NCBI GenBank assembly: GCA_000934665.2 | Contig: KZ538422.1 | Coordinates: 1 to 64,000, forward strand | Direction: 5' to 3' | DNA: 64,000 nucleotides | From: Catajapyx aquilonaris | Taxonomy: Eukaryota | Part shown: one piece after another, positions 49,364 to 63,161 of the stretch | Position numbering within the stretch: position 1 is the first letter of the stretch | Layout of the letters: every line of letters starts with the position of its first letter | Notes under the pieces: generated by a model | What the model was told of the DNA's origin: nothing | Databases searched by the model: none | Seen by the model: the letters and a program-made list of their open reading frames with translations, nothing else | Position numbers and translations under genes: made by a program

Positions 49364-51923
49364 CCTTTACTATAGGATAGCATGTGATATTTCATTGGCT
49401 GCCAGTTATGCAAAAGCAATTGTTGCATGGGTGAGTAAGCAGGAAGCTCATGCAAGAGCAACCAACATACAAAATGGGAGGTGCTTTGCAGTCACAAAGA
49501 ACTTGCACTTTGCCAGCCCAAGGAGGTCAGTGACATGACTGAAACTTCCGTTCAAATTGCACAATTTAACGACTGGCAAGGACAGCAGTGGGGTAGGTAA
49601 CATTGAGGTGGGATGTGATTCCTTCACTGTCTAGCATGACAGTTTCTTATGACTGAAAGTAGGATTCTTTTACCTCTGCATTTATCATAGCATCCAACAG
49701 TGTTGGTACTGACTTGCATCATTCAACATAATAATTAGCCAGCTTTTCATTTGCAGTTAGATAAAAAATGTGTAAAACTTCTTTAAAATGTTTTCACAGG
49801 GGCAATTTGGTTATTGTTGACCTTATTCCTATCGCGATGATCTTTCTGATGTGGTAGTGCACTGTGCATACACCATGCCTGTTGCTTTAGGTAAGGTCAT
49901 AGTACTGTAAAAGGTCAGTCATCAGAGGTTATTCAGCACCGGCGTCACAATGGAGATACAACACGGTACAATTGGCATCTTTTATTTTGCCAGGCTGTTG
50001 TTTCTGTGGTGCATGAAATGCATTCACCACACTGAAAACAAACCCCAGGAATTTGCCAATAGCTGGACATTAACTTGCAAAACAATACGTCAACCAAACA
50101 TTATTTGAGACGGTGATTTCTAAGAGGCTGGTTACGAGAACTTAAATGACATCACACTTTATTTGACAATAACTGTTTTACATCCCATCTGTCACCTACA
50201 CCCAACGAAATTGTTTAGCATGCGTCATAAAATAATGTCACAGAAATATTGCACGAAATGTTCTTATGAGTTACGACACAACATCATTTATTGCCACAGC
50301 GACTCCACGATGAGGACAGCTGAGGAAATCGTTGCCCTCCCGATGTAAATCTTGGAGGTCACTTCTTTTGCGTGCAATCTTTTTTCGCTTGAAATAATTT
50401 GGAGGCGGGCCATCCCCTAGGGCTAGCTGCCAAATAACACAACCTTGTGCAGACTCCGCCTTTTATCATTTTTTTAACCCCCCCCCCCCNTCCTCTCTTC
50501 CCCAATTTTTTTTTTGCGGTTTTCAGCAGGGTCAGTTGGAGGTTGGGGTCATTGGTCGAGCAAAAGTAGGATAGAGGGAATTTAAAGGTCTCTTTACCCG
50601 TCTCCCTCCACACCGACAGATATGCATCATGCAATTAGCAGTCACGGTCGACGGAATGCATTGCGCGATTTTTTTTTTCTTATTCTTTTTTTTTTCGTTT
50701 GTTTGTTTGCAATTGCGGGCTTCTAAACCGTGACGTCGATGGCAACTCAGGCGAATTGACACCGTAGGGTCGTTCGGATATTCGGTACCGAAGTGTCGAG
50801 GGGGTACAAAACCGGTTCCAGTAAATTGCTACCCCCTCCATCCTTTTGAATGTATTTACGCATTCACACCTAACTGGTCCCTCTTTCCTGTAAGGACAAA
50901 GAAACGAAGTCCCCGAAGGACAGGGGGTGATGATATAAGAAATTCCACGTGCAAAGGGGTTGCCACGGCCGCCCCCCCCCCCCNGCCGCCCCCCCCCCCC
51001 TCTTTTTTATGTCGGAGCACTGCAAAACGGCAGATAGTGGTACGTCACTGATCATTAGTGACGCACGACGCATGCGGAAGCGGGTGTTTCAGTGTACGGT
51101 ACTGTATCGGGTTGCAGGACGGTAGGTGGCAGCAGTGGCAGTCAGCTGGGCGGAGGGCAGGTCCATTCTTCACCAAGGGTTGGGAGGGTGTTTTCGTCTG
51201 CTGCGGGAGCTTGACATATCAGTGTTGTGGGGCGAGGCTGGGGTTGTATTGCGAAGAATGCAGAGTAGCTGACTGCTGTGTGACAGGTTCAGCTTGCAAG
51301 AGTCATTTTCGGTTTGTCTGCGCTGATTTACAAGAGGTAATTTGGTATTGGGTGGGTGGTTTTTAGGGGGAGTGGGATGGAAGTGGTTGGATTGTAGTGG
51401 TTTGGATTTTTTTGGGGAGTGGTTGGAGACTTGGGAGGACTGTTTGGAGTGGATATTAATCCAGCAGTTTTAAGATGACAGGCTGATAGCTTTGGTGGTG
51501 TGCTTGTGTAACGGAGAGTGTCACATGACATTAGTGTCAAGGTAGTTAATGGCTTGGAGTGTGACAAGGGTCAGTGGGATTGGCTTTGAGTGTTCAGTAC
51601 GGTTGCTTACAATCATTGTAGACTAACATGTAGTCAGTGTTGATGAGATAGATGACAGCACCAGTATTTAAAATAGGAGTATAAACAGTGACACTACTTG
51701 CGACACCTGCAGCAGATGTTATCTTACCCATAGTGTCATGCTCACATATGTAGAATATCAGCTTGTTGATCTCTAAATAGTCAATATGTAGAATTTGAAA
51801 TATTGAGGAGAGTGGAGTAAGAGTGACTGCCACCCTCATGCCATCCTTACCAGCATGATGTTTTTTGTGTTTTGTGAAATGATTTTGAGTGTGGCCCAAG
51901 TGATTTGCTAAGACATGCATGTA

Positions 51924-52325
51924 CAGTGCTGGACAAATTAGCCATCGCTGAATGTTTTTTTCTGGCGGCGGCAGCGTTACCTGGCAACCCCGTCCAGCGG
52001 GCCAATTCAAACATCAGCCCATGGAGAGTGCTTGCCATTGTTGCCACTGTTTACAAATCGAGTGAGTGACGCGGACGACCCAGCGACGGGTCTCTTCTGC
52101 CTTCTTACACAGTATCTGCAGGGATATGCAGGAGAAAACGGAGAAAATAATGATGTTAGAAGCAATAAGTCATTTTGGGGTCACTCACTCGATTTGTAAA
52201 CAGTGGCAACAATGGAAGCGCTCTCCATGGGCTGATGTTTGAATTGGCCCGCCGGACGGGGTTGCCAGGTAACTCCGCCGCTGCCGGAAAAAAACATTCA
52301 GCGACGGCTATTATGTCCAGCACTA
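51924..52325. mobile_element. MITE with ~145-bp inverted repeats (hAT-like CAGTG/CACTA ends)
   Basis: CAGTGCTGGACAAATTAGCCATCGCTGAATG...AAATCGAGTGAGTGAC is mirrored by GTCACTCACTCGATTT...CATTCAGCGACGGCTATTATGTCCAGCACTA. Confidence 0.8.
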
Positions 52326-53611
52326 TGGTATGTTGTTATTCACTTGTGGTCAGTCAAGGAAGAAATCACTTTTTTGCATTGAGCTCTGTTGAATTACTAG
52401 TCATTAGCATACTAGTAATTTGAACCAGATGCTCAGTCTTCTAGTTTCATTAAAGACGAAATCTTGATTATATGTCATATAGTATGCATGTTCAGTATTT
52501 TAAGAAGTTGCTGAAGTAGCCGTAATGGTTGTGTTGGGTTGTCAGAAGAAGTGTACACTAGCTGTGGGTAAATTTGCATTTGATTTTTATGGCAAGTTTG
52601 CTTTGTAAAGGTGCTCATGTAAAATGCAATATAGGGGTCCAGAAATTAGTTAGCTCCAGGCATCTGCAGCTGTAGCTGTTAAATTCTCAAGACGTCTCAA
52701 AATAGCTGACTAAATAGTTGTCAACATCATTTTCTGCAGTGCAGGATGTGCTTTCTGTGCTTCATCAGTATTCTGAAATCTATTCAAGTACCCCACCTCA
52801 TGCTCACCTTCATAAATTCATTTAAGTATCTCAGCACGTTCCATAGTGACAGAAATTGGGATTTTGAGGGGTGGCTTTTCCTTGTCAAAGAGACTATTTT
52901 AAGACTTGCTTGCCAGCTAAATCATGGATGCCAAACTGATTATTTTTAGTGTATCTAAAAAAAATTGGAAACTCGCGACTTAAATTTTTGATAGGTGACA
53001 GCTAACTTGATGATGTAGGTTTCATATGTTATTGCAATCACTCAGTGAATGTTATCACTAAAGCTACGCAAAATAAAAATTCTACCCACACTTTTGATTT
53101 TACTCTTCAGCATAAAACCAGGTTATAAATGTTGCATTTAAACTCATACATATTGCATTTTAAATATGATTTTATTTAAAGCCATTGTGCCATGAATATT
53201 AGATGAAAGACTTTCTATAGCCTCTTTCTCTGCAAATATTTATGATCCAAAGAGGGGGAATGGAGAAGGGTTGGTGGATTATTCACTCCAGGCAATGTAA
53301 ACAAAGTCTGCTGCATGCAAGCAGGTAAAGGAAGACTTGACCGTTGTGGCGAGTCTGAAGGTGAGTTTTAATGAAGAACATGGGTGACTAATTCACCAAC
53401 TTTTCTGACCCCCTACATCAGAGGGCAAACTTGGGCAGAAACACCCTCTGTAGATTTCTATAGACTACACAAAAATAGTCAAATTCATTAGTAGCCTAAT
53501 CTATTAAAAATGATTATTAACATGTTTAAAGTATAAATAGTCATGCATATTTGCATGATGACCACAGATTCTTAGTGCCACAGTACTATGCATTTACTTC
53601 CGGAATGTATG

Positions 53612-53793
53612 CACAGAGCAAGGGGTTAGCAACTCCCCAAAAAAGTGTACACCAGATCCTGGAACCGGGAGATTCCACCCGGTTCCGAGCCGGTTCCACC
53701 TGGTTTCAGGCCGGTTCCAAGCCGGTTCCACCTGGTTCCTTGACCAATGTGTATACACCGGTTCCAGGGAGTTGCTACCCCTTTGGCACAGAG
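53612..53793. mobile_element. Small CACTA-like MITE with tandem (C)CGGTTCC subterminal repeats
   Basis: CACAGAGCAAAGGGGTTAGCAACTCCCC / GGGGAGTTGCTACCCCTTTGGCACAGAG, with about seven GGTTCC/GGAACC units inside. Confidence 0.6.
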
Positions 53794-55167
53794 TTATTGG
53801 TTTTTTTTTTGCATGTGTATTTTTTTCCGGAACTATGACTAACAAAAGTGGTATTTCACAAGTCAAAATAGTTTCGCAATGTCTTGTATTAAGTGTGGTA
53901 TGCTGACTTCTTACCACACAGGGTGACCTAAATGTCCTCTGCCTGCTGTTTAAAGGATCTATTGATATCCTGTTTTGAGGAGAAGGGAAATGCAATGACA
54001 CACCCTAATATTGCAGGGGTTATTTGGTTGACTCAGGTTTGCCACAATTTTGTGAAGGGACTGCACATGTCAAGCAACATCTGAGTCAAAGTACATAAAG
54101 CAATAGTAGGAATGTGGTCTCTGTCCTTGACCTCAGATGGGTTAGAACTGCCATAGTGTGAGGATGTCTGTCACCTCTACCCCTATTAAGTTTCAAACTG
54201 CCAGCTGGTCATGAGATAGACACAGAAGAAGTATGTGCACCACATGTTACACAGTGAACTCATCTTGGTGAACTCAATAGCCTACATAATTTTGCACTTT
54301 AAATGACTTGCAATTATTGATGTCAGCCACTGTATGTGACTAGTTCAATTTGCCATCAGCGTCAAATTCTTCTCAAAAACCATTGCATTGTGTAGTGCAA
54401 CTTTCCAGGCCACGCAGCCATTAGGCTCTTGCATTGATTAGACAAAAATACCTTAGTTAATTTTTAAAAAAATTGGGCTCCTTGATGGATTTTTGAATCT
54501 CTTTATAATCTGGTTATATGGCATGCCTGGCAACCCATGTAGTAGCAAGATGTTTTGCAAGTCACCTGGCCTGCAGGATGAGCTTGATCACTAGTGTCTT
54601 ATGGGATTGATTCAATAACTCTATAATGAAGCTGAAGCAACAAAAATCAACTAGGGAAATTTTGCCTTAGAAATCCACAAGAAGTCTGAATTTCCAAGAG
54701 GAAGTGGCACCACCCTGCATACCATGGGTGGTTAGGTGGTAGCACAACCATATTTTATCATTCACTACTGGGTGTCATCAAATCTATTGTCACCATATAT
54801 CATAAGGATGCCTTCCAGGCAAACATGATGTGTTTTGGTCTTGGAACAGTCCAGGGAGTTGCCCTATCTGTCCGCATACAGGAGTTACTGCCCAGGCTGT
54901 ATGAGACTGGAGTGCAACGAGAAATGCTACTAGGCCTATTACTTTATTCTCAAGAGACTCACTTGTTCTGTTTGCACTCATTGCTTCAGGCCTTGCCTGT
55001 GCTGCAAGTTGACCAGGTCTGTAGGAATAGAGTAGTGGTGTCAGGTGTGTTGACAAGCTACTACAAGATAGCATGCAGTGTAATGCCATATAAAGTGGGA
55101 CAAATTTGTGATTTCCCCTTTCTCTTGAAAATCATTGTATATCCTCCTGAGACCTGAGAATAATTTT

Positions 55168-55480
55168 TAATGCAATGTCAGTTCCTATTGCATTTTCTGA
55201 ACATTTTCCCAATAAGAAACAAGAAAAAAATTTTAGTTTTAAAATATCAACAAAAATAGTGACACACAACCAATGAGAACATCAGGACCCAATTGCTGCT
55301 ACAAAAACAGAACGGATGAAAGCTGAAGAAAATTTAAATACCACTTAATGGATCACTAACATAGTGCTCTATCCTCAAAACAATGTTTTTTAAAATTCAT
55401 TTGTGGAATTTGTGGTAGCAATTCCTCTCAGAAGACAATTAAAGATAAATGAAATTATTTTTGAATGCCACCACTCCAGG
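55168..55480. repeat. Second copy (inverted) of the 14208-14522 repeat
   Basis: Long reverse-complement match. Confidence 0.85.
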
Positions 55481-56805
55481 CATGGGGCTTGCTTCTTCCC
55501 TTCTTACCCCCTAACATGGTACCTAGCTATTCTAGATTTTAAAACTGAACTGTATAATGCAAAGCACACTTCCTTATGGGTGTACAGGTACAGGCACTTA
55601 AAGAAATGCCACAGCCCATTCAGCTAAAAATAATAATTTTGGATGTCCATTTAAATGGGCATTTGGTCTCAGGAAGAAAAGAAAATTACCAGTTCTCTAC
55701 AGCAACAAAGATTGTCACAGACACATCTTTTCGTATTCCCTAATACACATGCCTTGAGAATCCCAGGACATTCACTGCATTGCGAAAATTGCACTCTAAA
55801 TGTGAATAAAAAAATAAAACTTATCAGATGAGCGCCTAGCTTCAGCAGCGGAATCCGCCATTTTCATTAAGTGATTCAATTTTCGCGGCCAAAGTCAGAT
55901 ATTCGACACTTGGTGTTGCCACCTATTGAGGCCAGATTATAATCATGGGATACCAAGATTACAGTTTTGTTGGCATCACTAGTTGGCGCCAAAAAATTTA
56001 TTTGCTGATATCAACATATGTCGACACCAGGTCTCAGGAGGATATTTCATGTTTAACTGCTATTGTCTACAATTACACCTTGTTTGGAGGGTAAAAATGA
56101 CTTTCAGGTTAGGTGTAAAATACTAATGAACTCATGCTTATTAACAAAATTAAACCTTGCCCAAAGAGTGGTATGCATATACTGAGAGCTTAGGTACTGT
56201 ATCAGCCAGAAAAAATGAAATTAATCGTGTTGCACAGCTCCAGTAAGGTCACTGCAAAATCATTGTAGTCCGAGATCTAATGCAATTGGGTCATCCATAA
56301 ATTACGCAGACAGGATGGGGTCTTCAATTGTACATGAGTGTACATCAATGCATCTTATATAAGTGTCCACGAGGGGGGGAAGGGGAAGGTTGAAAATAGT
56401 GACCAAAGTGTCATGAATTAATTGATGACTCTTAAATATGGAGTAGAGCATGTCATAAGCTTTGATTGCCACTACTCAATATTCACATTGAGGCAGACAC
56501 ATTATCAAGTTTCAAACCAACTTGTTGGAGTCTTTGAGTGCTATTGCAAAATTTGCGAACATGTTCTCAGCAGTGTTCTGAAAGCAGCTTGCTTTCATTC
56601 CATTTGAGCCCAGTTTCTGCAGTGCTTGTGTCAACCATACTGTAGCATATGCAGACTTTGATATACCCAGAACTATTATCAATACCCTGAGCAGAATCTT
56701 CTCTCACAAGTCAGTCTGACCTGTGTAGTTGGCATGTGGTTTTTGAAAATCCCAGAAACTATCCATATATGTTTACATTTCTTTCCCTTCCCCCCCCCCC
56801 CACCC

Positions 56806-56863
56806 NNNNNNNNNNNNNNNNNNNNNNNNNNNNNNNNNNNNNNNNNNNNNNNNNNNNNNNNNN
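56806..56863. other. Assembly gap (N run) between poly-C tracts
   Basis: Directly visible. Smaller N runs elsewhere also sit in C/G homopolymers. Confidence 0.98.
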
Positions 56864-57773
56864 CCCCCCCCCCCCCCCCCCCCATCTAGCTACCATTTTG
56901 TAATCCTTAGGAACATGCAATCCTCCCTTGTTTGGGTCATGAGCCCCAATATGGGAACTGCTGGCTTACTTGTTCTCATTATTTGTGTTGTTTTTTTGGG
57001 AGGAGGTCAACGGGACAGGAGAGGTGGGCGGATATAAGTTGGAATGTGTTGTAACTTGGCAGGTTCAGCAGGGACTAAAAGGTGCCCCCTGGAACCAAAG
57101 ATAGCCTTGGCTGGCTTCCCAATGTACAATTGTGGAAACAGCTGCCTGTGATGTAGTGAGTCTGTTAAGGCACAGCATTGAACTTGACAGGGCTGATGGG
57201 AAGGTTACTGTGTCAGTTTGATGAACTTAGAGTTGATGTAATGTTATTTCTTGTGTGCATCATTTGCCAAGAAGATTTTGATTGCACTGATATTGACTGA
57301 TGTGGATAGATTATTGTTTCTATTCAGAGTTTAGCTTAACCAGCAATTTATCTGTATTGCGTAGGTATAACAAGGCTTTTCTGAAGTGTTTGTCCTAAGT
57401 CAGGTAATATTTTTAACTACTTTTACAGTTGGCATTTAATTTACACCCATGTGACAAACTATTTCATTGCCTATATTTTGTGTATAAAAATGAGCAAGTT
57501 CTGAATTTTGGGTCTGATTCCAAATATTTTGGATGATTTCGATCTTTTGAAAAACTAAGAAAAGCAGTATAATACGCTATGGTTCTTGCATTTAGGTCAT
57601 TGCTAAAGTTTACTTGCTGGATGCTGACAGAAAATTTGCTAATAATCTTGGACGTTCAGTTTTTGCAATGTCACAAAAAAAATAAGGATTAACACCATTA
57701 GTGGCTGGTGATAGTTGCTCCATAGAAAGAAGGGTTGGATATGAGCTCTGGATCCTGGAAGGTTGTTTGCAGT

Positions 57774-58118
57774 ATAATAATAATAATGCTGGGGTAATGT
57801 GCTTTCGCCCCCACCTGGGGGCATATCGCATGGACCTTTATTAGAAGGTATACATTTCGGCGCCTATTGATTGAAACGCCCGGGCCCACGGGCAGGATGA
57901 CAGGAGGGGATGTGCAAGGTGCAGTGCAATGTCCTTGTGTGGCCATTTTTAGTGAACTCCCTTGGGTGGTTTAGGCTATTGGAAATACCACCTGAGACGA
58001 AGCCAGAGGTGACCCTGAACTCTGCACGAGATGAAGGGGGTTTCCCCGGGTGGGATTTGATCCTGGGACCTTAACATCCATGGGCGCGTATGTACCGCAG
58101 CAGCACTTCTCCTCCCCT
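57774..58118 (-). mobile_element. SINE family D, full length
   Basis: TSD GGTTGTTTGC(A/T)GT at 57761-57773 and 58119-58131, (ATT)n tail, similar to 41290-41627. Confidence 0.75.
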
Positions 58119-58688
58119 GGTTGTTTGCTGTGAAAGGACTTGTTGCCCAATAATTAAATTGCAATAGGCAGCTGGAAGTGTTTATTGTGATGCAGAAAAA
58201 AGTACAAATGCTTTCTCTTGGCTGATTTGTTTCTAAAGCCTAAAATCTTTACAAAATACTGTGCAGAGAGCATAGGTCTTTCATCATCTAGGCCAAAGAA
58301 AGAAGCCTTTGTTGATTGAAACTCTGCAGGTCATGGTTACACCAAGCTAAGCAATGCAAGGGCTGTGCTGACAACACTGGGAACATATGCTGCTCTCAGA
58401 TGAAGCTCGCCTCAGCCTAGAATTGACTTGATGGGAAGCAGTACATGAGGCATTGAAGTTGCATATCGTCAAATTCTTTTCAAACACTGCCAAACACTTA
58501 TAGGTGATGAGTCAGTGGTAGGTGGATGGAGGCCTACCCTTCCAATCTGGTACAATGAACCCAGAAACAGTTTCTCCATTGAAAGTGAAAACTTCTGCAA
58601 TAGAATCCATCAGGGTAGAAATATGGTGGGATTGCATATAGGCCTATAATAGAACTTTAAAGTGAAAATGACATATACCCTACTTATA

Positions 58689-59115
58689 CAGGGTTCGGAA
58701 ATTTAATCTACCGTCACTTTGGGAAATGATAGAGAGGTTCTGGGTGATCACTTTGAGTATATGCAACATGGGTCTCCCGACACAGAGATAATTAGCATTA
58801 AATAAAAAGTGCATTATCTCAGCTTATGTTTCGGATACTGCTTACGACACTTCCATCGCCTAGGACATTCCCTGTTACACCTAACAGGATTGTAAATTAA
58901 AATTAAATTACATGGTACAATCTTAAATTTAAATGGAAAAGGTAAGGTCACATGAGGGACGCATACCTGCGAGGATATTTGATACCTTGTGCTTGAAGCA
59001 CATTATCTCGCTAACTATGTGTTGGAGACCCATGTTGCATAATCATGCTCAAAGTGATCACCTAGAACCCACACATCATTTCCCAAAGCGACAGTACGTT
59101 AAATTTCGAACCCTG
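58689..59115. mobile_element. Tc1/mariner-type MITE
   Basis: CAGGGTTCGGAAATTTAATCTACCGTCACTTTGGGAAATGAT / ATCATTTCCCAAAGCGACAGTACGTTAAATTTCGAACCCTG. Confidence 0.75.
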
Positions 59116-59319
59116 CATAATCCTGAAAGGTCAACCCAACAATAATTAGTGATGACTATAAGATGTTGATTTTATTAACATGTACACTTTAATTCCAACT
59201 TGATGCAATAATTTTTTTCTCCATATGTTGCATCATTTGCAATATTAAGAAGTTAACAACTGTAGGTGATGTTATTTTTGTGCAACATGTAAAGAGTGGT
59301 GTCTTGATTTCAGACCACC

Positions 59320-59896
59320 ATGCTAAAATCACTGGCCAGTTACTTCCTTGGTGGTGACGATGTTGATGGCAGTCATGAATCAAATGAAGACTTGGCCCTC
59401 AAATCAGTGGATGCGGAGGATGACTGGGTCTTTGTCGATGTTGCTTCAGGTAAAGGGCTCAACTCTAGCAAGGTTGACAGTGTGATTTAATACAAGAAGT
59501 CTTTACATACCTACTGTTTTTTTTTTCAGATAAATTGCATGAGGCTAGAACCTTTTCCCCTCGCCCAGCTTTGCCTGCCTCTCCTCCCCTCCCAGTGCCC
59601 TCCGACAAGCAGCTGGCCTTGTCGGTAGCAGTAATGGTATCTCCAACGGCAACTCCCTTGGCTCCTCTCTCACCCCAAGCTATGGAGGGTTCCTGGTTCC
59701 TGACCCCCCCTCCGTGCTTTACTGTTGAGAACCCCACCTCGGTGGAGACGTCGCCAATGGAGAATCTGCTTATTGAGCATCCAAGCATGTCAGTATATCA
59801 CCATGCTCAGCCAGCGGCCATTCCTGAGCCTGCACCTCATCCTGTTCAAAACACAGCGGCTTCACCTCCACAGGAGTCTTCCCAAGGAACCAAGAG
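59320..59896 (+). CDS. DOR: TP53INP1/2 / DOR-family autophagy regulator, first two coding exons (59320-59449, 59530-59896); 3' end not found in window
   Basis: MLKSLASYFLGG start, LIR-like EDDWVFV and family motifs MEGSWFLTPPPCFT and SPMENLLIEHPSMSVY. 80-nt GT-AG intron, then donor GTTAGT at 59897. Confidence 0.92.
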
Positions 59897-62000
59897 GTTA
59901 GTTGGCTTAAGAGTCTAGCAAGGTGTTTCAGAATTGGACCAAAAAACTTGGAGTGTGAACTTGGACTTTCAGCACCAGTGCATCACTTTAGGTGGAGGTG
60001 TCTTTTTGCATCTGCAGCCTAGTTACTGAGATAGTGGGCTATTTATCATGTAGTATAACATGTACTGGAAGGCTTGCATTTCACCAGACGTGATCTGCAA
60101 CTGAAAAGGCTTGCCTGTCTACTTCTTGGCAAGGAGACGAAGTGTGGATGACTGACCCATCAGTTGCAGTGTGTCAATCAGCTGTGCTATGCATGTGACA
60201 GTTGCTTCTGGCCCACACTCTTAAAGTGTTGTAATTGGAGTGATAAAGACGTACTGGTATGCAGATCTGAGAGTGGTGCCCCTTGAGTATGACACCATGC
60301 AATGTTTTATTAGGGGGAGATGGCTGATGTGCACCTAACCTGTGGTGCAGCAGAAGAGAATGTTACGTTGCAGTTTTAGTTTACACCATGGATTGCATCA
60401 TGCCGAAATGGCAACTACATTAAGATACCTAGGTGTCAACGCAGTTTTGGTGTCGTTTGTGTAACTTATTTAATGTACCAAATTTTCCAGCACCAGTGGG
60501 ATGCCATAATAGTAGCAAAAACTCGGCACCAATTTCGGTGACAAAGTATTGGCACTGGTTAGGTACCAATTATGAACCAACATCATCAGTACTTGTTATC
60601 CATGAACATGTTGGTATTATTTCGACACCAGGTAGACACTGTGCTGACGAAATTCTGTCGTGTCATTGGCACCAGAAGTCGGTATCCTATTGGCACTGGT
60701 AAAAGTAGTAAATCCTAGCCTTTTTGGTACCGAATATTTAAATATTTTGGCACCATTTCGCAACCAAGTATGTTTGTTGGGTTGCACTAGCCATGGGCAG
60801 GAAACACATAGTTCAGCCATGCCGTGTGTGTGGTCAGATGCAATCCTTCCAGGATGTCCTACTACATGATAAATTGCCCATTATCTCAGTAACTAGGCAG
60901 CAGACACCAAACAGCACCTCTACATAAAGTAACCCACTTCAGCCCAAGAGATCAGCCTAGAGGTCTTTGGCCAATTTTTGAAACACTTCCCACCCGCTCC
61001 AGGGTGGGAAGTGTTTCAAAAATGTGTGGTGTACATACCCAGTGTTTGTCTGAACACGTCAATGAAATGACAGGGTTTATGGCCAGCAGTGTACTCCATG
61101 GCCCAAAATAAATCAAGAACGTAGGGCGGAGAAATGTCTAGGGAGCAACTGTTAATAAGATTTGGGTTCCCCTTAGACAAATGTGGCCACCCACCCAACA
61201 GCTGTTTTGTAGGGAAAGCAACATACAGATGGCCACATTTGTCTCACAGAACCCAAATCTTCATCATATGATATTAACAGTTGCTCCCTCGACATTTCTC
61301 GCCCCTACATGTTTGACATGCTAAGGAATATGCTTCCAGCCAGATGACATACTCCAGTAAGAATTGATGGAAAATTGGTGCACTTCCTCTCATACAGAAG
61401 TTCCTTGCAACATTCCAGGACAACATTGCTCTAGTGATTTTGGCTTCATTAGTTGCATGTTAAGTTTAATTTGCTGTTAATAGGGTCTTCCTGTACACCT
61501 GCGATACATGGTCATCAGTTATGCATGGTAACCCTTATTACCAGCATCTGTGACAAAATGAAACTTATGAGTAATTATCTTCCTGATGAAGCCAAAAGCA
61601 CCAAGATCAACTAGAGTAATTTTTTTCTTGGAATATTGCAAGGAACCTAAATCCAAGAAGTAGTGCATAAATTTGCAACACCCTGCAGAGGGTGTGCCAT
61701 ATGCCCTATCACCTCCTTTTAATGCATGAACTAGGGCGTAGAGGTTCTGTAATCAAGGTTATCGTATGCGGAAACTTCTCTGGATTTATTATGTTGTTAT
61801 AAATTCTCAGTACATTTACCGCGTACCTGTAATTTGCAAAAATATAACCACACGTTCTAAATGACAATTTGCCAAGGAGATTGGGATTGCAAATAAGAAA
61901 TGGCTTTTATATTGTCTTAAATAAAGTGGGGTATTTCGAGCACAATGGCAAAACGGCATGTACCTCTTTTCGCAACTCAAAAACACAGTGCGCTTATTGT

Positions 62001-62306
62001 ATAATAAATAATAAATAATTTGTGCCCCGTGCTAGGGCCATGGGCCCTCTTAGGGGGGTGGGATACCACCATATTTTTTTATCTGGAACTCTTACTTTCG
62101 TTTTTACTTATCGTATATGGGGATGGGATAGGGACGGAAGGAAGCGGCTGTGGCCTATAATTACGGACACGACCCCGGAATTTTTCTGGTGAGACCATGG
62201 AAAACCACAGAAAACCACCGTCAGGGTCAGCGGCCACCGGGATTCGAACCCAGGACCTCCCATTAGCAGTCAGATACCATATCCCCTCCGCTACCACTGC
62301 TTCGGT
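62001..62306 (-). mobile_element. SINE family C, full length
   Basis: 15-bp TSD CAGTGCGCTTATTGT (61986-62000, 62307-62321), head ACCGAAGCAGTGGTAGCGG...GGTTCGAATCCC and an AT-rich tail. Confidence 0.88.
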
Positions 62307-62469
62307 CAGTGCGCTTATTGTGAGCATACCATTCCCAAATGCCAGTGTCTGCCTTTGTTTTCACCCCAAGTGCCTGAAATTCAGCACTTGGTATTTTGAC
62401 CATGTTGTAGACTACAAGTGCATTTGGGATATACCACTCGATTGATGGTTTTATCTGTGCTAGTTCATA

Positions 62470-63161
62470 CAGGGTGTTTCTTCCCAATAGGTCAACCAGC
62501 ATGCAGCGTATTCCTTGGGTCAAAACAAGTTGAAAATGTAGAGGGAAGAAATGTCGAGGGACCAACCTGCAACGATGTCGACAACCATAAACATTGGCCT
62601 ACCCCTAAACACACTCGGCAACACACGCGACGCCTCTTCGTGGGGAGATCCCCTGGCAGATGGAGACATGTGCCACCTGTCAACTGTTAGGAGATCTCCT
62701 TACAAAGAGACATCAAGTGTGTTGTTGCGTGTGTCTAGAGCAGCCCTATGACACTTCTCGAATACGGTAGTGTAATAACTGTGTCACATCGTTCGCTAAG
62801 ACCCCATCTTGTTCAAGGTGCAGCTCCTGTGGTAGGTAGCGGGTAGTCTGCCGCGATTGGCTCCATCTTTCTTCGGCATACTTACCACTAGAGTGCACCT
62901 TGAAAAAGATAGCGGATAGCGAATGTTGTAGCGCCTCCAGCGCCAAATTCCCAGCTTGGCGATCACACAGTAATTAAACTACCGTATCCATACAACTAGG
63001 GGGGAAGTGACAGGGGGCTGGTCTAGAGGTAGGCCAATGTTTGTGGTCGTTGACCTTGTTACAGGTTGGTTCCACAATATTTCTCCCTCCTACATTTACG
63101 ACTTGTTTTAGCCCAACGAATGTGGTATGTGCTGGTTAACCTACTAGTAAGAAACACCCTG
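62470..63161. mobile_element. Tc1/mariner deletion derivative
   Basis: TA-CAGGGTGTTTCTT...GGTCAACCAGCAT / ATGTGCTGGTTAACC...AAGAAACACCCTG-TA. The internal minus-strand LEQDG may be a transposase remnant. Confidence 0.7.

Noticed and set aside
53660..53770. CRISPR-like short repeat array
   Set aside because: The repeats are ~7-10 bp without unique spacers and sit between TIRs, so they are transposon subterminal repeats. The context is eukaryotic and there are no cas genes.
56790..56883. Poly-C tracts as G-quadruplex or regulatory elements
   Set aside because: They flank N gaps, so their length and sequence are unreliable.
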